Assembly (NCBI GenBank): GCA_036867785.1
Contig: CP145415.1
Location: forward strand, 1,116,001 to 1,180,000
Source of the DNA: Plasmodiophora brassicae
Taxonomy: Eukaryota
Direction: 5' to 3'
Length of the DNA stretch: 64,000 nt
Shown: positions 12,601 to 25,053 of the stretch, one piece after another
Layout: each line of letters begins with the position of its first letter
Numbering within the stretch: position 1 is the stretch's first letter
The notes under the pieces: model-generated
Seen by the model: the letters and a program-made list of their open reading frames with translations, nothing else
Databases searched by the model: none
What the model was told of the DNA's origin: nothing
Program-made: the position numbers and the translations under genes

Positions 12601-13968
12601 TCCTGCCCTTGATGATGATGATCGGCCCAATCTTCATCATCGTCCCGTACACTTGGTTCCGTCACTTCATCCAACGCGCTCGAGGTCCCAAACCGCTCAT
12701 CGTCCCGGATGCGCGCCTGCTGACTGCTCTGTAGGCGCCATCCAGTACGGCAAGGACCAGTATATCACAGCGGTCGTCGTCGGCCTCTTTGTCATTCACC
12801 CGAACATCGTCGAGCAGACGCTGAAGCTGTTCAACTGCGTTAGTCTTGCCAGCCAACCGGGGTACACCTACCTCGTCGCAGACATGCACGAACGATGCTG
12901 GTCCGGGGATCACCTCAAGTACGCGCTGGGCGTCGGCCTCCCGAGTACGTGCTCCTCGAATCGCTGTATTCCAACATGCTTAGCGTCCCTTTGTCGGGTT
13001 GTAGTGATCATTCTCTATGTGGTTGGCATCCCGGTAGCCGCCTTCTTGGTCCTGCGCAAGAACAAGGCGCAGTTGGACACCCAGCGCATGAAGATGCGAT
13101 GTAATGCCATCCTGCGCGCTGAAACATGTCCCTCCCAGCTAACAGTAATGGTGGCAGATGGTTTCCTGTCGCAAGGATACAACAAGGAGGCGTACTACTG
13201 GGAAATCGTCGTCATGGGCCGAAAGGTACGGGTTCACGCCGTGCCCCTTCCTCGCATGGACTCGCTAACACCAGATGACAGATTGTGATTTCTGCTATCG
13301 CCGTTGCCCTGGTCGGGATGGATATCGTCCAATCGTTGAGCGCTCTGCTCCTGGTCGTCATCTGCCTCGTCTGGCACACGTATCAGCACCCCTTTGAGAG
13401 CAAGTTGCTGGATCAGACCGAATTCTTATCGCTGCTGAACTCATTCACGACATTCATGTGCGGGCAATACCTGTTCGCCAACGTGACAAGCTCCTCTGCG
13501 ACCTTGATCACCGTCGTAATCTTCATGTCCAACGTTATCTTCTTTGGTTTCGCGATCAAGGCGCTCGTCGGCGCCGTTCTGCAGATGATGAAGGACGCCA
13601 AGAGCAAGAAAGTCGCCAAAACCCAGTCGAACGCAGGCGAAGGCAATGGCCCTGTCGTCATGAACAACGCTCAAGCGGCGACCGTTGTCGCTGCTGCTCC
13701 TGCCCAGCTATACGTCATGGGTCCCAACCAACAAATGGTGCCGATTAACGCTGCCGTTCTTGCAAACTCGCAGGTTATTCCAACCGGGCAACGCGCTACA
13801 ATGGCCGGCAACGATCTGACGTTGGAATCCGCCCAGGAGAGCTCGACTCCTTTCATGCAGAAACAGCCGTCCCAAGTCGCCACCGCCGAACCCTTGATGC
13901 AGCCGCGTTCCACCACCGAGATCACCTACATGATCCCGCCTGGCTCCTCGCCCCAGGCGGGCACCTGA
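3649..13968 (+). CDS. Giant secreted/membrane receptor-like protein (~3,100 aa, ~15 introns): CUB domains, Cys-paired Ig-like repeats, parallel beta-helix (GGA/FxxN) repeats, Cys-rich repeats and a multi-TM C-terminus
   Basis: Signal peptide MTTFMVVPIGVALLAAAC. CUB motifs NYAPNEAVSWLIQVP..FDIE..C.FDWVEV..CG..SVMIEFSSDASNNYGGF. Repeated GGAI/GGAL..FxxN motifs. CxxCPxG repeats. TM region KIIMNSIQF..YNWP, ADMHERCW, YYWEIVVMGRK. ORF pieces join through canonical introns. Confidence 0.85.
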
Positions 13969-14521
13969 ACGCAGTCACCTCTTGTGTCAACGTACCAGCC
14001 GTTTCGAGAATGAATTTCGTTTCCTGCCCAGTCTACTCCAATGTTTTCATAAAACAAGCCGGATCGTGCGTTTTGTCCCAGATGAAGGCGGATATGAAAC
14101 GAACTGGACAATGGAATCACACACTGGAACATCAGGACCTGTACTTCTGCGGAAGTCGCTCCACTGCGACGACCCCGAAGCGGTCGCCAATGCGAAGCTA
14201 ACGTACAACCAAAGCCATCCGAAACGCCCTGCTCTGTATGTCGACGCCCGTAACGCTATTGTCCCGCAAATGGCGTGGCCCAAATGACAGGACTAAGCCC
14301 CACGTTGACGAGACGTCGCCACGAATCAATGTATTGTGCAGCGCCCACAAGCTGCGCGATTTTGGCTTGTTTTCGACACTGGGACGTGCGTTACAGTGGG
14401 CACACTGCAGGCAGCAACGTCCCAGGTAGAAGATATCTTCAACAGGGCCCCGCAACAACCGACCTGACGGCGCCAACATACAGAAACGGCCGTGACGCCA
14501 TTTGCCTACAGCCATCGTGTC

Positions 14522-16056
14522 ATGGGGAAGCACACGGCGGTGAAGGTCACCATAGTCATCGTCGTCGCAACGTGGGCCTGCGCAGGGGCCGACGTCGGTG
14601 CAGCGCTGACGGGCTGCCTGGCACGCCAGGGGTTCTCCAGGGAGAATGTCGCGCTTGGGCCTTCGCCCGCGTTCCAACGGGCTCTGGCCGCCGAACATAA
14701 CCGGGCGATTCACGCGACGCCGTTGGCGTTCGTGTTCCCCGCTGATGGTACGCAGGTCGCCACAGCGGTCCGGTGCGCCAGCAACCTGTCGCTGCCGATC
14801 ACAGCCAGGAGCGGGGGGCACAGCTACGAAGCGTTCAGTCTTGTGGATGGAGGCGTTGTCATCGACCTGCGCAGCCTCACGAAAGTCGTCGTCGATGCCA
14901 GCAGCCAGACGGCGATCGTCGGCGCCGGGAACTGGCTCGGGCGCCTGTACTTCCTGCTGCAACAAGCGGGCGGCTGGGTTCTTCCCGGCGGCGACTGCCC
15001 GGGGGTGGGCGTCGGCGGGCACGCTCTCGGCGGTGGATACGGCCTCCTGAGCCGAAAGTTCGGCCTGGTCGTCGACGCCATCCTGCAGATGACACTGGTG
15101 GACGCCCGCGGCCGAACATCCATCGTCGACCAGAGCAGCGACCCTGACCTGTTCTGGGCGCTTCGCGGCGCTGGTGCCGGCAACTTTGGCATCGTCACTG
15201 AGTTCCTGTTCCGCATCGTCAAAGCGCCGCCAACGTTGTCGATCGCCAGGTAATCACTCGGCGTCCTGCATCATGAAGCATCAGGTTATGTATGGGCCGC
15301 AGGTACGGGTACTGGTCGGACGCCAGCGTCCTCCCGCAGCTGGTCGCCGGGTTCGCCGGCGCCGCTCCCGACCTCCCTGATGAGTACACGGCGACGCTGT
15401 ACGTGGAGCCGGGCAACGGGGCAGCGCTGACGATCGCGCGAGCGGGACCTCGTTCTGGGTTCCGGCGGGGCGTTGCCGCGCTGCTGAACGCGTTGCCGCC
15501 CAGCGACGATGGGCGGGCCACTGTGCAGGAGTTCGCGTCGTTCGGCGAGATGATGTTCGGGTCCAACTACAGGGCGGAGTACCTGCTCGACGCCAGCGCC
15601 GTGCGGTCGTCGCTGAAGTTCAAAGCGACGTCGGTGATGATCGGCGACGGCGTGGTCGGCCCGACGTGCGTCGACGCGCTCCTGGATGGCCGGTCGGTGA
15701 GCCCCGGGACCTGGTTCATGATGGACGTGTACGGCGGCGCCATCGCCAGCGTCAGCCCAGCCGCGACCGCCTTCGTGCATCGCTGGCCGCGCCTGATCAA
15801 CGTGCAGCTGTATACCAGCTGGGCGAACGACAACGACGCGGCCGCCCGACGGGCCACGATCAGCAGGTGGCGCGCCAGCGTCGCGCGATGCGCGGCGCCG
15901 ACGTCGTCGTCCGCCTACCAGAACTACATCGACAGGAGCGTACCGCTGGAAGCGTACTACGGCGACGAGGGCCTGCGACGACTCCGGGCCGTGAAGCGGC
16001 GCCTGGACCCCGGCAACGTCTGGCAGTTCGCCATGGGCGTGCCAGCGATCTTGTAG
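14522..16056 (+). CDS. Secreted FAD-linked oxidase, berberine bridge enzyme (BBE)/AA7-like
   Basis: Signal peptide, ARSGGHSYE, GDCPGVGVGGHALGGGYG, DLFWALRGAGAGNFGIVT and C-terminal BBE motif AYQNYID..YYG..RL..VK..DP.NV. Intron 15250-15302. Confidence 0.92.
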
Positions 16057-16288
16057 GTAGCTGCCGGCCCGGTGTGTACATAGATACAGCACGCGCGCGC
16101 CCCCTCTCCCGTTGATCAGTGTATGTACGGGCGGGTGCACCAGCGCCACGCCCGTCCCATTGTCGTTGCGGGTTCCCGTTCCCGGCGCCTGCTGCGGTTG
16201 CTGCTCCGCGACGGCGTTTTCGGTCTGGAGGTCGTCTGCGTTCTGCAGGCCATGCAGGGCCGGCAGCCCGATCAGGGGTTCGCTGCCG

Positions 16289-19200
16289 ATGGATGCGCGT
16301 TTCGAGGTTGGGATATGCAGTGAGCGTATGGTGCGTGTGCTGATGCCGGGAGGGGGCGATCAGACGACGAGCTGGCGACAACGGAGGTCGTGTTCGAGGT
16401 CGTGCAGACGGGTCACGCGGGCCGCGTCACGATCCAGCAACCGGGCGCGGCGAACGCCTGCAGCCGGGTGCCGTTCCACGTCGACCCGCCCGACCCGCTG
16501 CGGTTCGCGCGCAATCACCTGTGCGACCCGGGCGACATCGTCGGGCCGTTCTGGACGACATGCACGATCGGGATGGCGCTGGAGGACGTGCTGGCACCGT
16601 CGCCGTGCCCGACGGCCATCGTGCTGCGCGATGACGACCTCGATACGTTCGACGAGGTCGACATTGACGAACTGGATTCCCGAACGTCAACGTCAATGCA
16701 GCGCAGACCCGCATCGCGAAAGGATGCCATCCTGGGCACTAGCACTGGCGTCCCGTAATCGCGTCCATCGGGCCGCCGAGCCAACGCCCTCATTAGCTGG
16801 TGTGCTAGGTTCTTCCCTGGAGGCTTAGACGATGCCAGCCTGGTGCGCAGGAAGGAGGCACCACACACAGTTCGCTGCGGTGACGACGATCCAGTGTTTC
16901 GCTTGCAAGGCGACGACGATGCCGACGAACACGATGAAACGATCGACAAGACGTTCATGATAGCCGGCGGGTTGCCGCGACCTCCAGAGCCAATCTTCTA
17001 CGGGCTGGCTGAACGGCCTGCGTTCCTCGAGAAGCCGCACTCCATGACAGCTAATGCGAATGATCCCGCCTTGCTAGCCGAGTCGGAACGGTTGGATGGA
17101 GGAACGGAGGTCAGGAGGACACATTTTGTGATCAGCCTTGCCAAATGACTGACGGTCGCGTCCATCAGAAAGCGATGCTCAGCGACATCTCCGAACGCAA
17201 AGCCCATAATCGGCTCGTTCGAGACAAGGCCGTTGAGGGCATATCCTCTGGGCAGACTCTGTCCGTGTCGGCACTGTTTGGCGACGACAGTGAAGACCTC
17301 GCGGCGAGTTTCCTAGCGGGTGTGTCAGCGCTCCCTGCTGGTGAGACGGCCGGAGAACCAGCGCCGGGTGCTGCCGATGGCGTTGCTCGGCCTTCTGAAG
17401 TGTCGGCGGTCGAAGAGGTACTCGAGTCACCGGCCACGCTGGATGCTGAAGACAGGACAACAAAACCGCAAGAGCCTCCCCCGCCTTCGAAATGGGCGAC
17501 GATCGAAGAGCTGAAGCGTCCCGAAGACATTCACTTCCGGGAACAGATCCCTCAAATGGCAATCGAGTACCCGTTCGAATTAGACCCGTTCCAGAAGCAA
17601 GCCATTCTGCACTTGGAGAACGGCGAGAGCGTGTTCATTGCTGCGCACACGTCGGCAGGTACACGATACATTTGCTGTCGTTTCTTCGGTGGGCTCAATG
17701 GCTACTACGTCAACAGGGAAAACGGTCATTGCCGAATACGCCATTGCTCTGTCGGTGAAGCACATGACGAAAGCTGTGTATACATCACCGATCAAGACGT
17801 TGTCCAATCAGAAGTTCAGGGTTTGTCTGCGCGAGGCGTTCATTTCACGTTCCAGAGCGCGGGCTGACCTCAACATTAGGAATTCAAGAAGACCTTCGGA
17901 GAAGTTGGTCTGATAACGGGCGATGTTCAGATCAACCCCAAAGCGTCGTGTCTCATCGTCACTACCGAGATCCTACGGTCTATGCTGTACAAAGGTGCCG
18001 ATGTTATTCGTGATATCGAATGGTACCCTGTCGTCAGCAAGGACTGCAAGTTTCGCCCGCTAATGTGAACAGGTGTATATTTGATGAGGTCCATTACCTG
18101 AACGATCCCGAGAGAGGTATGCTGTGTGAAGAGAAATGCTTCTCCCAAACCTGACTCGTTTGCAGGCGTTGTCTGGGAGGAGGTACATCGTTTATGGTTT
18201 TGTGGTGCGCCAGACGTTTTCTGACGCGTTCGCAAAGGTCATCATTATGCTTCCAGCACACGTCAATGTAAATCGCTAAAGCCTGTGTTCCCCTATTTCT
18301 GCTTCAGCTTGATATGTATAGGTCATCCTCCTATCAGCCACCGTCCCCAACCCACTGGAGTAAGCACGAGTCGTAAAACGCGTCATGCCGATGCATTCTT
18401 ATGCTGGACGTTCAGGTTTGCCGAATGGGTTGGCAGAACGAAACGAAAACCAATTTATGTCATTTCTACGAGCCAAAGGCCCGTTCCTCTTCAGCATTAC
18501 CTGTGGTGCAATAACACCATGTTCAACATCCTCGACGCGCAGTCTCGGTTCATTCATGAAGGTTTCACGAAGGCCCACCAGGCCATCACGTCGACCGGTG
18601 GGAAGCAGAAAGCGACCTCCGGATCCGGACATCAGGTACACAACAAGGTTGGTGGCAGCGGCCTACCTCTGATCGAATGGGCAGCGTTTCGCACCGCAAA
18701 CGGGGTCTTGGGTAGCGTTGCTCAATTATCTTCGAAAATCGGAGCAGCTCCCAGTTGTCGTATTCTCGTTCTCAAAGCGGAGATGCGAAACATCAGCATC
18801 TGGCCTGCATTCTCAGGTTAAGACATGCGAAGCAATGTGCTCGACGTATCCGCTGACGCCGTGCCACAGGACTTGACGACAGCGTCAGAGAAATCGGAGA
18901 TTCATCTCCTCTGCGAGACATCTCTGAAACGATTACCTGTGGGCGATCGTTCGCTGCCGCAGATTCTCAGGTTGGTTCATCAACGTGTCTAATGTTCTGG
19001 TCTTCTCAAGCATACCCAGAGTCAAAGAAATGCTTCGTCGAGGAATCGGAGTTCATCACTCTGGACTACTGCCGGTGGTGAAAGAGCTGGTGGAGATGGC
19101 TTTCGGGTAGCGACATAACGACGAACCATTAGTGCTCCAGCTGACCGGTGTCCAGGACCGGAATCGTTAAGATTCTCTTCGCAACCGAAACGTTTGCCAT

Positions 19201-21558
19201 GGGCGTCAATAGTACGCCCCCGACTGGGTGCCCTCCCTAATACCAGTTGCTGACATTTCGACTTGTAGTGCCCACGAAAACTGTTGTGTTCAATGGTCTG
19301 CGGAAGCACACTGGTGTTGAGTTCCGAGATATCCTTCCTGGAGAGTATGTCGTTTGGTATTTGGTTTCATTTGGAGCGCCTCTTTACGCTTCGTTCTGTT
19401 TAGGTATACGCAAATGGCTGGCCGGGCAGGGCGAAGAGGTGCGAACATCTGCACGTGATGCTAGGTTGTGCCTAAGGGTGGTGTGATAGGTCTTGATATG
19501 TTCGGCAACGTTGTTATCAATTGCGGTGACGGTAAGATACCCGACGAACAGCTTGTTCGCAACCTATTACTCGGCAAGCCCACCCGACTTGAAAGCAAAT
19601 TCCGTCTGACGTACTCCATGATCCTGAACCTTCTTCGAGTGGAGGACCTGCGCGTTGAGGACATGATCAAGCGGTCGTTCTCAGAGTTCGGTACGCAACG
19701 TCATGAAGCAACGCACAAGTCGGTCATCGAACAAGGCGAGCGCATGCTGAACTCCATGGGCGTGATTGATTGCATATACGGTCAGCCTGAGCTGATCTCT
19801 CAGTACTTTGACGTATACGAGAGCCGACGACAGTACGACGGACGTGCACTTGGCGTATTCGTATACGCTGACTGATGCGTTTTAGGCTGGAACATCAGAT
19901 CATGTCGTGGATAATTCATTCTCGTGTGGCGGATCGTTACGTGACAAGTGGTCGTGTCCTCGTAGTCACTAAGTATAACATTAAGAAGGTATCAGACGTC
20001 ATTCCAATCACGCCAGGTTGTCCCTTTATCCTGTAAACTCAGGCGCGTGCTGCTATCCTTCGAATAACGCAGCTTGCAGCGGATACGAGACAAGTCATCG
20101 TCATAATTGCCTGTCCGCCCTCGTGGAAGCCGTCCTCGCGATTGCAGGCCAAGATCAGTTCTCGCTCGTTCGACGCCGACTCTGTCGTACGAGTTGGGAC
20201 GAGTTCAACCGCCATCCCCTACGTGATCACTGAAGTTGCCGTCGACAACATTCATGCTATATGTCGGGGCACTGTTCGTGTGGACGCCAACGACATCCTC
20301 ATCGAGGAACGGCAGAGCAGCATTCAGACGGCCTTAGACCAGCTCCAGGTTGTCCACGAAGGACGGTTGGCGCACCCCTCCTTCTAATGTGTTTATTGTA
20401 GGCACTCAACAATGACGCATTGGAACCGATGCACCCTACCCGTGATATGAAGCTGAACGAAATGGATCTCGTTGTGAACGTGAAGAAGCTCGAGACGTGT
20501 GCGTCTCTGGAGAGCCAGAGGTGCCACACGTGCCCGAAACTTGAAGAACACGTGAGTGCTGGATTGGCCTCGCTCGCGGATCACACGATACGACTCGTAC
20601 TTTGTTCAGCTCAAGGTCACCGTCGATGCCCATTTGCTGCATTCGAAGCTGGCCAACCTTCGCGCCCTCATATCGGACGCGAACATAGAGCTGATGGCTG
20701 ATATGAATCTTCGTATTTCTGTATGTGTGCCGACAACAATATTCGCAGAGCGCTGACCTGGCATATAGGTCCTGTCCGCCCTGAAATACATCGATGATTC
20801 TCGCGCGCTGATGCTCAAAGGTAGAGTTGCATGCGAGGTAGGTGCCGCCGTTTGTCTCTTCATGTCTGTTGGCCGATGCGCCCTTACCTGAATCTGGACA
20901 GGTCAATACGTGCGACTGTTTGATTGTGACGGAGCTCATATTTGAGAACGTATGTCTGCCGCGTCGTTGTGCTACTCGTATCCTGTTCCAACGCGTGGCA
21001 GGTCCTCTGCGGCATCGAACCTGCTGAGGCGGCGGCTCTACTGTCTGCTTTGATTTTCCAAGGGAAGACCGACGACGAGCCAAAGCTGATTGACAGCCTT
21101 GTTCAGGTAAACCCTGATTGCCTGTCGTTTCGCTGTAATCGTCATCTTATGCCCGGCAGCTTCGCGACCGTCTGCTTGCAATCGCGACAAGCCTGGGCAA
21201 CGTTCAACTGAAGTGCGGTATCGATGTCACTGCCAAGTCGTTCATCAGCGAGAATTGCAACTTCGGACTGATGGAGGTTGTGTATGAATGGGCCAAAGGA
21301 ACGCCTTTCGCAAAGATTTGCGAAATGACAACCGTCGACGAAGGGCTGATCGTTCGTTGTATCGTCCGACTCGCTGAGGTCCGACATAACGCTTACCATG
21401 CTCGCTACGCGACTAAAGCGTGCTCTGTCCAGGTTTGTCGGGATGTCCGGAACGCTGCACGTGTAATCGGCGATCCTAAACTGTTCCAGCTGATGGAAGC
21501 GGCCGCCAATGCCATCAAGCGCGATATCGTATTCGCCGCCAGCCTCTACGTTACGTGA
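16289..21558 (+). CDS. SKI2: Ski2 (superkiller) DExH RNA helicase, highly intron-split; start approximate
   Basis: Ski2 N-terminal motif [11 protein letters not shown]...[53 protein letters not shown] and C-terminal [12 protein letters not shown]. Confidence 0.93.
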
Positions 21559-21675
21559 GGCACACCCGTCCTCCCGCCTATATACATGCCCCGTTGGGGT
21601 ATTGTTCCAATGGTTCCCGGGTGTATCTGAAGCGCAGCTCGCTGCAGCAGACTAGGTGTTCACGGTAGCCGCTCA

Positions 21676-23303
21676 TCAGGCGGCGATTTCAGCGCGATGA
21701 GAAACGTTGCGCATGCGATCCGTTTCGTTCCGATTCTTGTGGCAGACAATCTGCCAGCACGTCGAGCTTCCTTGGCTTGCGATGATGGACGACCAGGATA
21801 GGAAGAAGCACCACAATCGGAACCACCAGGTGCCGTACTTGGCCACGATAGCGTCGCGGTTGCTCAGCCATTTGTCGTACCACTGCTTCAGGGTGATCGA
21901 GTAGTGGATCCCGATGTTCTGCACAGACTGAATCTCGAAGCCTGCAGATTCAAGCTGCCCAATCACCCACGCAAGCGGGCAGCTGGCGTCGGCGGCGGGG
22001 AAGATGTAGGTACCCATAAACATGCCCCAGCACAGGTCTTCAAATATCCATCGTCGGCGCAGCCCAGCGATTTGCAGAAAGAACAGGCCATCGTCCTAAT
22101 CGCACCGGGTGAGGTCCTCCTCGCAACCAGCCACCGGACGGACACACCAACCTCAAGCCGATCCTTAACCATCTTGATGAACGACTGGAAGCGAAGGACG
22201 CCGACATGTTCCGCCATCTCGATACACGAGATGCGGTCCCACTTCTGCATCGGAAGATCGCGGTAGTCCATCAGCTGCACATTGCAGATGTCGGCGATCC
22301 TAGGCACGACATGGGGAATCAGAACTCAGTGACCCGTTCCCGTCTAGCCAAACCAGGCGGCGCGTACCCGTCTTTGGCGATGCCTTCGCGCGCCCAGTTG
22401 ATTTGTTCTTGGCAGATGGTGATGCCCATCGTTTTGGCGCCAACGGTCTTGGACGCATGCCGGACCAGAGATCCCCAGCCGCACCCTGCGTACAACGACC
22501 CCCATTACAGATGAACGCAGCACCCATGCGCGCTGTACCGACCAATATCCAGCAGCTTATGCCCCTTCTCCAGATGCAGCATCCTGCAGATATTCGTCAT
22601 CTTCCGCGTTTGCGCGATCTCCAGCGTGTCGTCTTCGGATTTGTAGACGCCACTGGTGTAGATCATCGTGTCACCGAGGAACCAGTTGTAGAAGTCATTG
22701 CCTGGCAGGACGCTCGTCAGGTCTGGACCATCGAACGCGCACCGAACGAACCGCGATTGTAGACGTTGGTGACCTCGCCGTCGTCCATCTGCTTCGAATG
22801 GTACAGCGCCTGGGGGATGAGCGTCGTCAGGAAGTATTTCACGTGCGCCTAGGTACCATCGTCAGACAGGAGACCCGTGCCAGCCCATGCTGACCGAGGC
22901 AGACCCAAGTGATGACGAAGCGGAACAGGTCTTGGCGATGGTTCTTCAGGACCGTGTATAGGTCGCCCTTGAACTCCAGCTTTTCAGCCATGTACGCTTC
23001 GTAGGCAACGTCGATGGGCATCTTGCGACCTTGGTATCTCTGGGCGAGCTCCTTGTCGCGGATCTCGTAGAACGACTCGGTCGGCGCGTCCGTCTCTGGA
23101 CCGGTGATCTCCGAGCAGACTTTCATGACGAGCGCGAACACCACGAGGACGCAGGACAGCACCAGCACCGGTAGACCGATAACCATGGCAGCGGCGCACG
23201 GGATCTGTACCAAGCCCCGCGGCGCCCATACCCACTCGACGACGACACCGGCCGCGACCGCGTAGACGGCGATGGCGGCCCTCAGCGTGGCCAGGATGTC
23301 CAT
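21676..23303 (-). CDS. Sphingolipid C9-methyltransferase (CFA-synthase family, SAM-dependent)
   Basis: Two N-terminal TM segments; YNRGNDFYNWFLGDTMIYTSG; LLDIGCGWG; EMAEHVG; FFLQIAGLRRRWIFEDLCWGMFMGTYIFPAADAS; GIHYS..W..YG..WFRLW.FFL..S...QGS.TC.QI. Confidence 0.85.
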
Positions 23304-23761
23304 TGGTCCCTTCGTTCGAACGCCGTGTCACGTGCGCGGCAACTGGCCCGAACCTCAAGTCGTTGCCCGTCGGCGCGCCGCCCACCACCACAGACAGGCA
23401 CGGCCTCCCGACAGTTTATTGGCCGAGTTCTCGTCCCGTGGACGTGCGGGGCCAAAAGTCCTGGTCGAGGGTTTCGACCGTCCCCCCGTTCCGGGCCCAG
23501 GCGCGCGGACTGCGCGCCCAAACTCGACGCTCATCTCAGGCAAGCGGGCGCGACGCGACGTTGATCCGTGCCCGTCGTCCGATCGGCCTATTTTCGGCTG
23601 CGTTGTTGCCCGCGTCGACACGTGGGTGCACGCCGACCGCACTGCGCTCGGGCGTCCCTTGCATCTTCCGACACCAACGTCCATCCGCGTTTGAGGGCAG
23701 GGCGAGCGAAGCACCCGGATCTATATTACACAGGGGGGCCACCGTCGGTTGCGCAACACGC

Positions 23762-24424
23762 CTACAGGGCGGCGATGAGAAAGGCGGACCAGACAGCGGC
23801 CGAGATGAAGGCCGGCAGGGCATCCGATTTCGCGGCGATGTGCGAGGATGGCTGGCCGGCGGCGTCCGACGCCGACCCAGACTGGACCTCGACGCCGTTG
23901 TAGCTGCGGACGAAGTCGTTCTCGACGCTGGCCTTGCCGATCAGGACGACGCTGAACACGGTGGCGTGTTCGCCCGGTCGGCACTGCCGGCCGACACTGT
24001 CGGCCACGATGACCTGGTCGAATTTGGTCTGCGGATCGCGGATTGGGATGGGGAGCGTGACGTTCTGTGGGGCGCTGTCTGGTTCCAGTTGGAAGTTCGC
24101 CTTGTAGACGTCCATGTCGACGCCGACGTTGTGCAAGCGCAGCGACAGCGCCAACGGGACGCTGGTCTGGATGACGATCCTGACCGCGTCGACTGATTCC
24201 AGCATGTACTTCTTGGCCGTGTTGTAGAACGTCAAGCCGCTCCACTCGCACGGTTCCCAGTCGATGAACTCGGGGTGGAACACGTACCGGGTCCGGCCCC
24301 ACGGCGGGCAGATGAACGAATCCTGCAAGCGCCCCTTCCCGTAGACGAGAACCTGCCCGTCCGGCGCCGACTCGACAGTAGACACGACGACGACAGCGGC
24401 GACAGCGACGAGCAACGTCTTCAT
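23762..24424 (-). CDS. Secreted, probably GPI-anchored or C-terminally anchored surface protein of unknown function (220 aa)
   Basis: Intronless ORF with signal peptide MKTLLVAVAAVVVVSTVESA, a Ser/Ala/Gly spacer and hydrophobic tail LPAFISAAVWSAFLIAAL*. Confidence 0.75.
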   Translation of the reverse strand: MKTLLVAVAAVVVVSTVESAPDGQVLVYGKGRLQDSFICPPWGRTRYVFHPEFIDWEPCEWSGLTFYNTAKKYMLESVDAVRIVIQTSVPLALSLRLHNVGVDMDVYKANFQLEPDSAPQNVTLPIPIRDPQTKFDQVIVADSVGRQCRPGEHATVFSVVLIGKASVENDFVRSYNGVEVQSGSASDAAGQPSSHIAAKSDALPAFISAAVWSAFLIAAL

Positions 24425-24764
24425 AGGCGACAACGCGACAGATATTGCAATAAACGGAACGCAACGTAAATAACGAAATGCATGTCGACGTCTCGGTCGA
24501 AGCGTCCAAAGCCCCGGTACTTCTGTACCACGTCAGACGCGGCGGCCGTCCCAGCGGCTGAGAATTCAGGTCCAGCGCCCCGTCTCAGACGTAGTGCCCA
24601 CACGCTACAGTACCAGACTTTTCCAGACGCAGTACCCGTCCCAGTTCCAGTCGGAGCGTCCAGATCGGTCTAGAATCCAGGCCAGGCGGCCCAGTCGTCG
24701 GCAGTGGCCACGTTGCAACGCGCCAAAGATACGTGGCGTCAGCGATACGGCACCCAACGAAACA

Positions 24765-25053
24765 TTAGAATGCGTTGTACTCACTATTCTCCTCATACAT
24801 CCACCGGTCTCTCTCGATCTCAGCGACCTTGTCTCGCAAATCGGACAGCACGGATTGCAGTAGGTCTGCACAGACAAGGTCACGCCGCCGGATGAGAGTA
24901 TTCGTCAGCAAGCGTGCAACCACCTCTCCTAGCGTCAGCGTCCTGCGACGCATGGCGCGCATGTTGCCTGGCAATCTTCGTCGCCTGCCCGACGACATCG
25001 TCCCCGCCCGGCGCCGCCCGGATCGGCGTCGACACGCCGCCGAGCTGCGCCAT
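24765..25053 (-). CDS. Small protein, possibly APC16-like
   Basis: Two exons joined by a phase-1 intron give ...DADARRDLLQSVLSDLRDKVAEIERDRWMYEE; the helix ending in E..RWMYE recalls the APC16 C-terminus. Confidence 0.35.

Noticed and set aside
16289-21558. MTR4 as an alternative identity
   Set aside because: The Ski2 N-terminal PFxPGGL motif and AAHTSAGKT favour SKI2.
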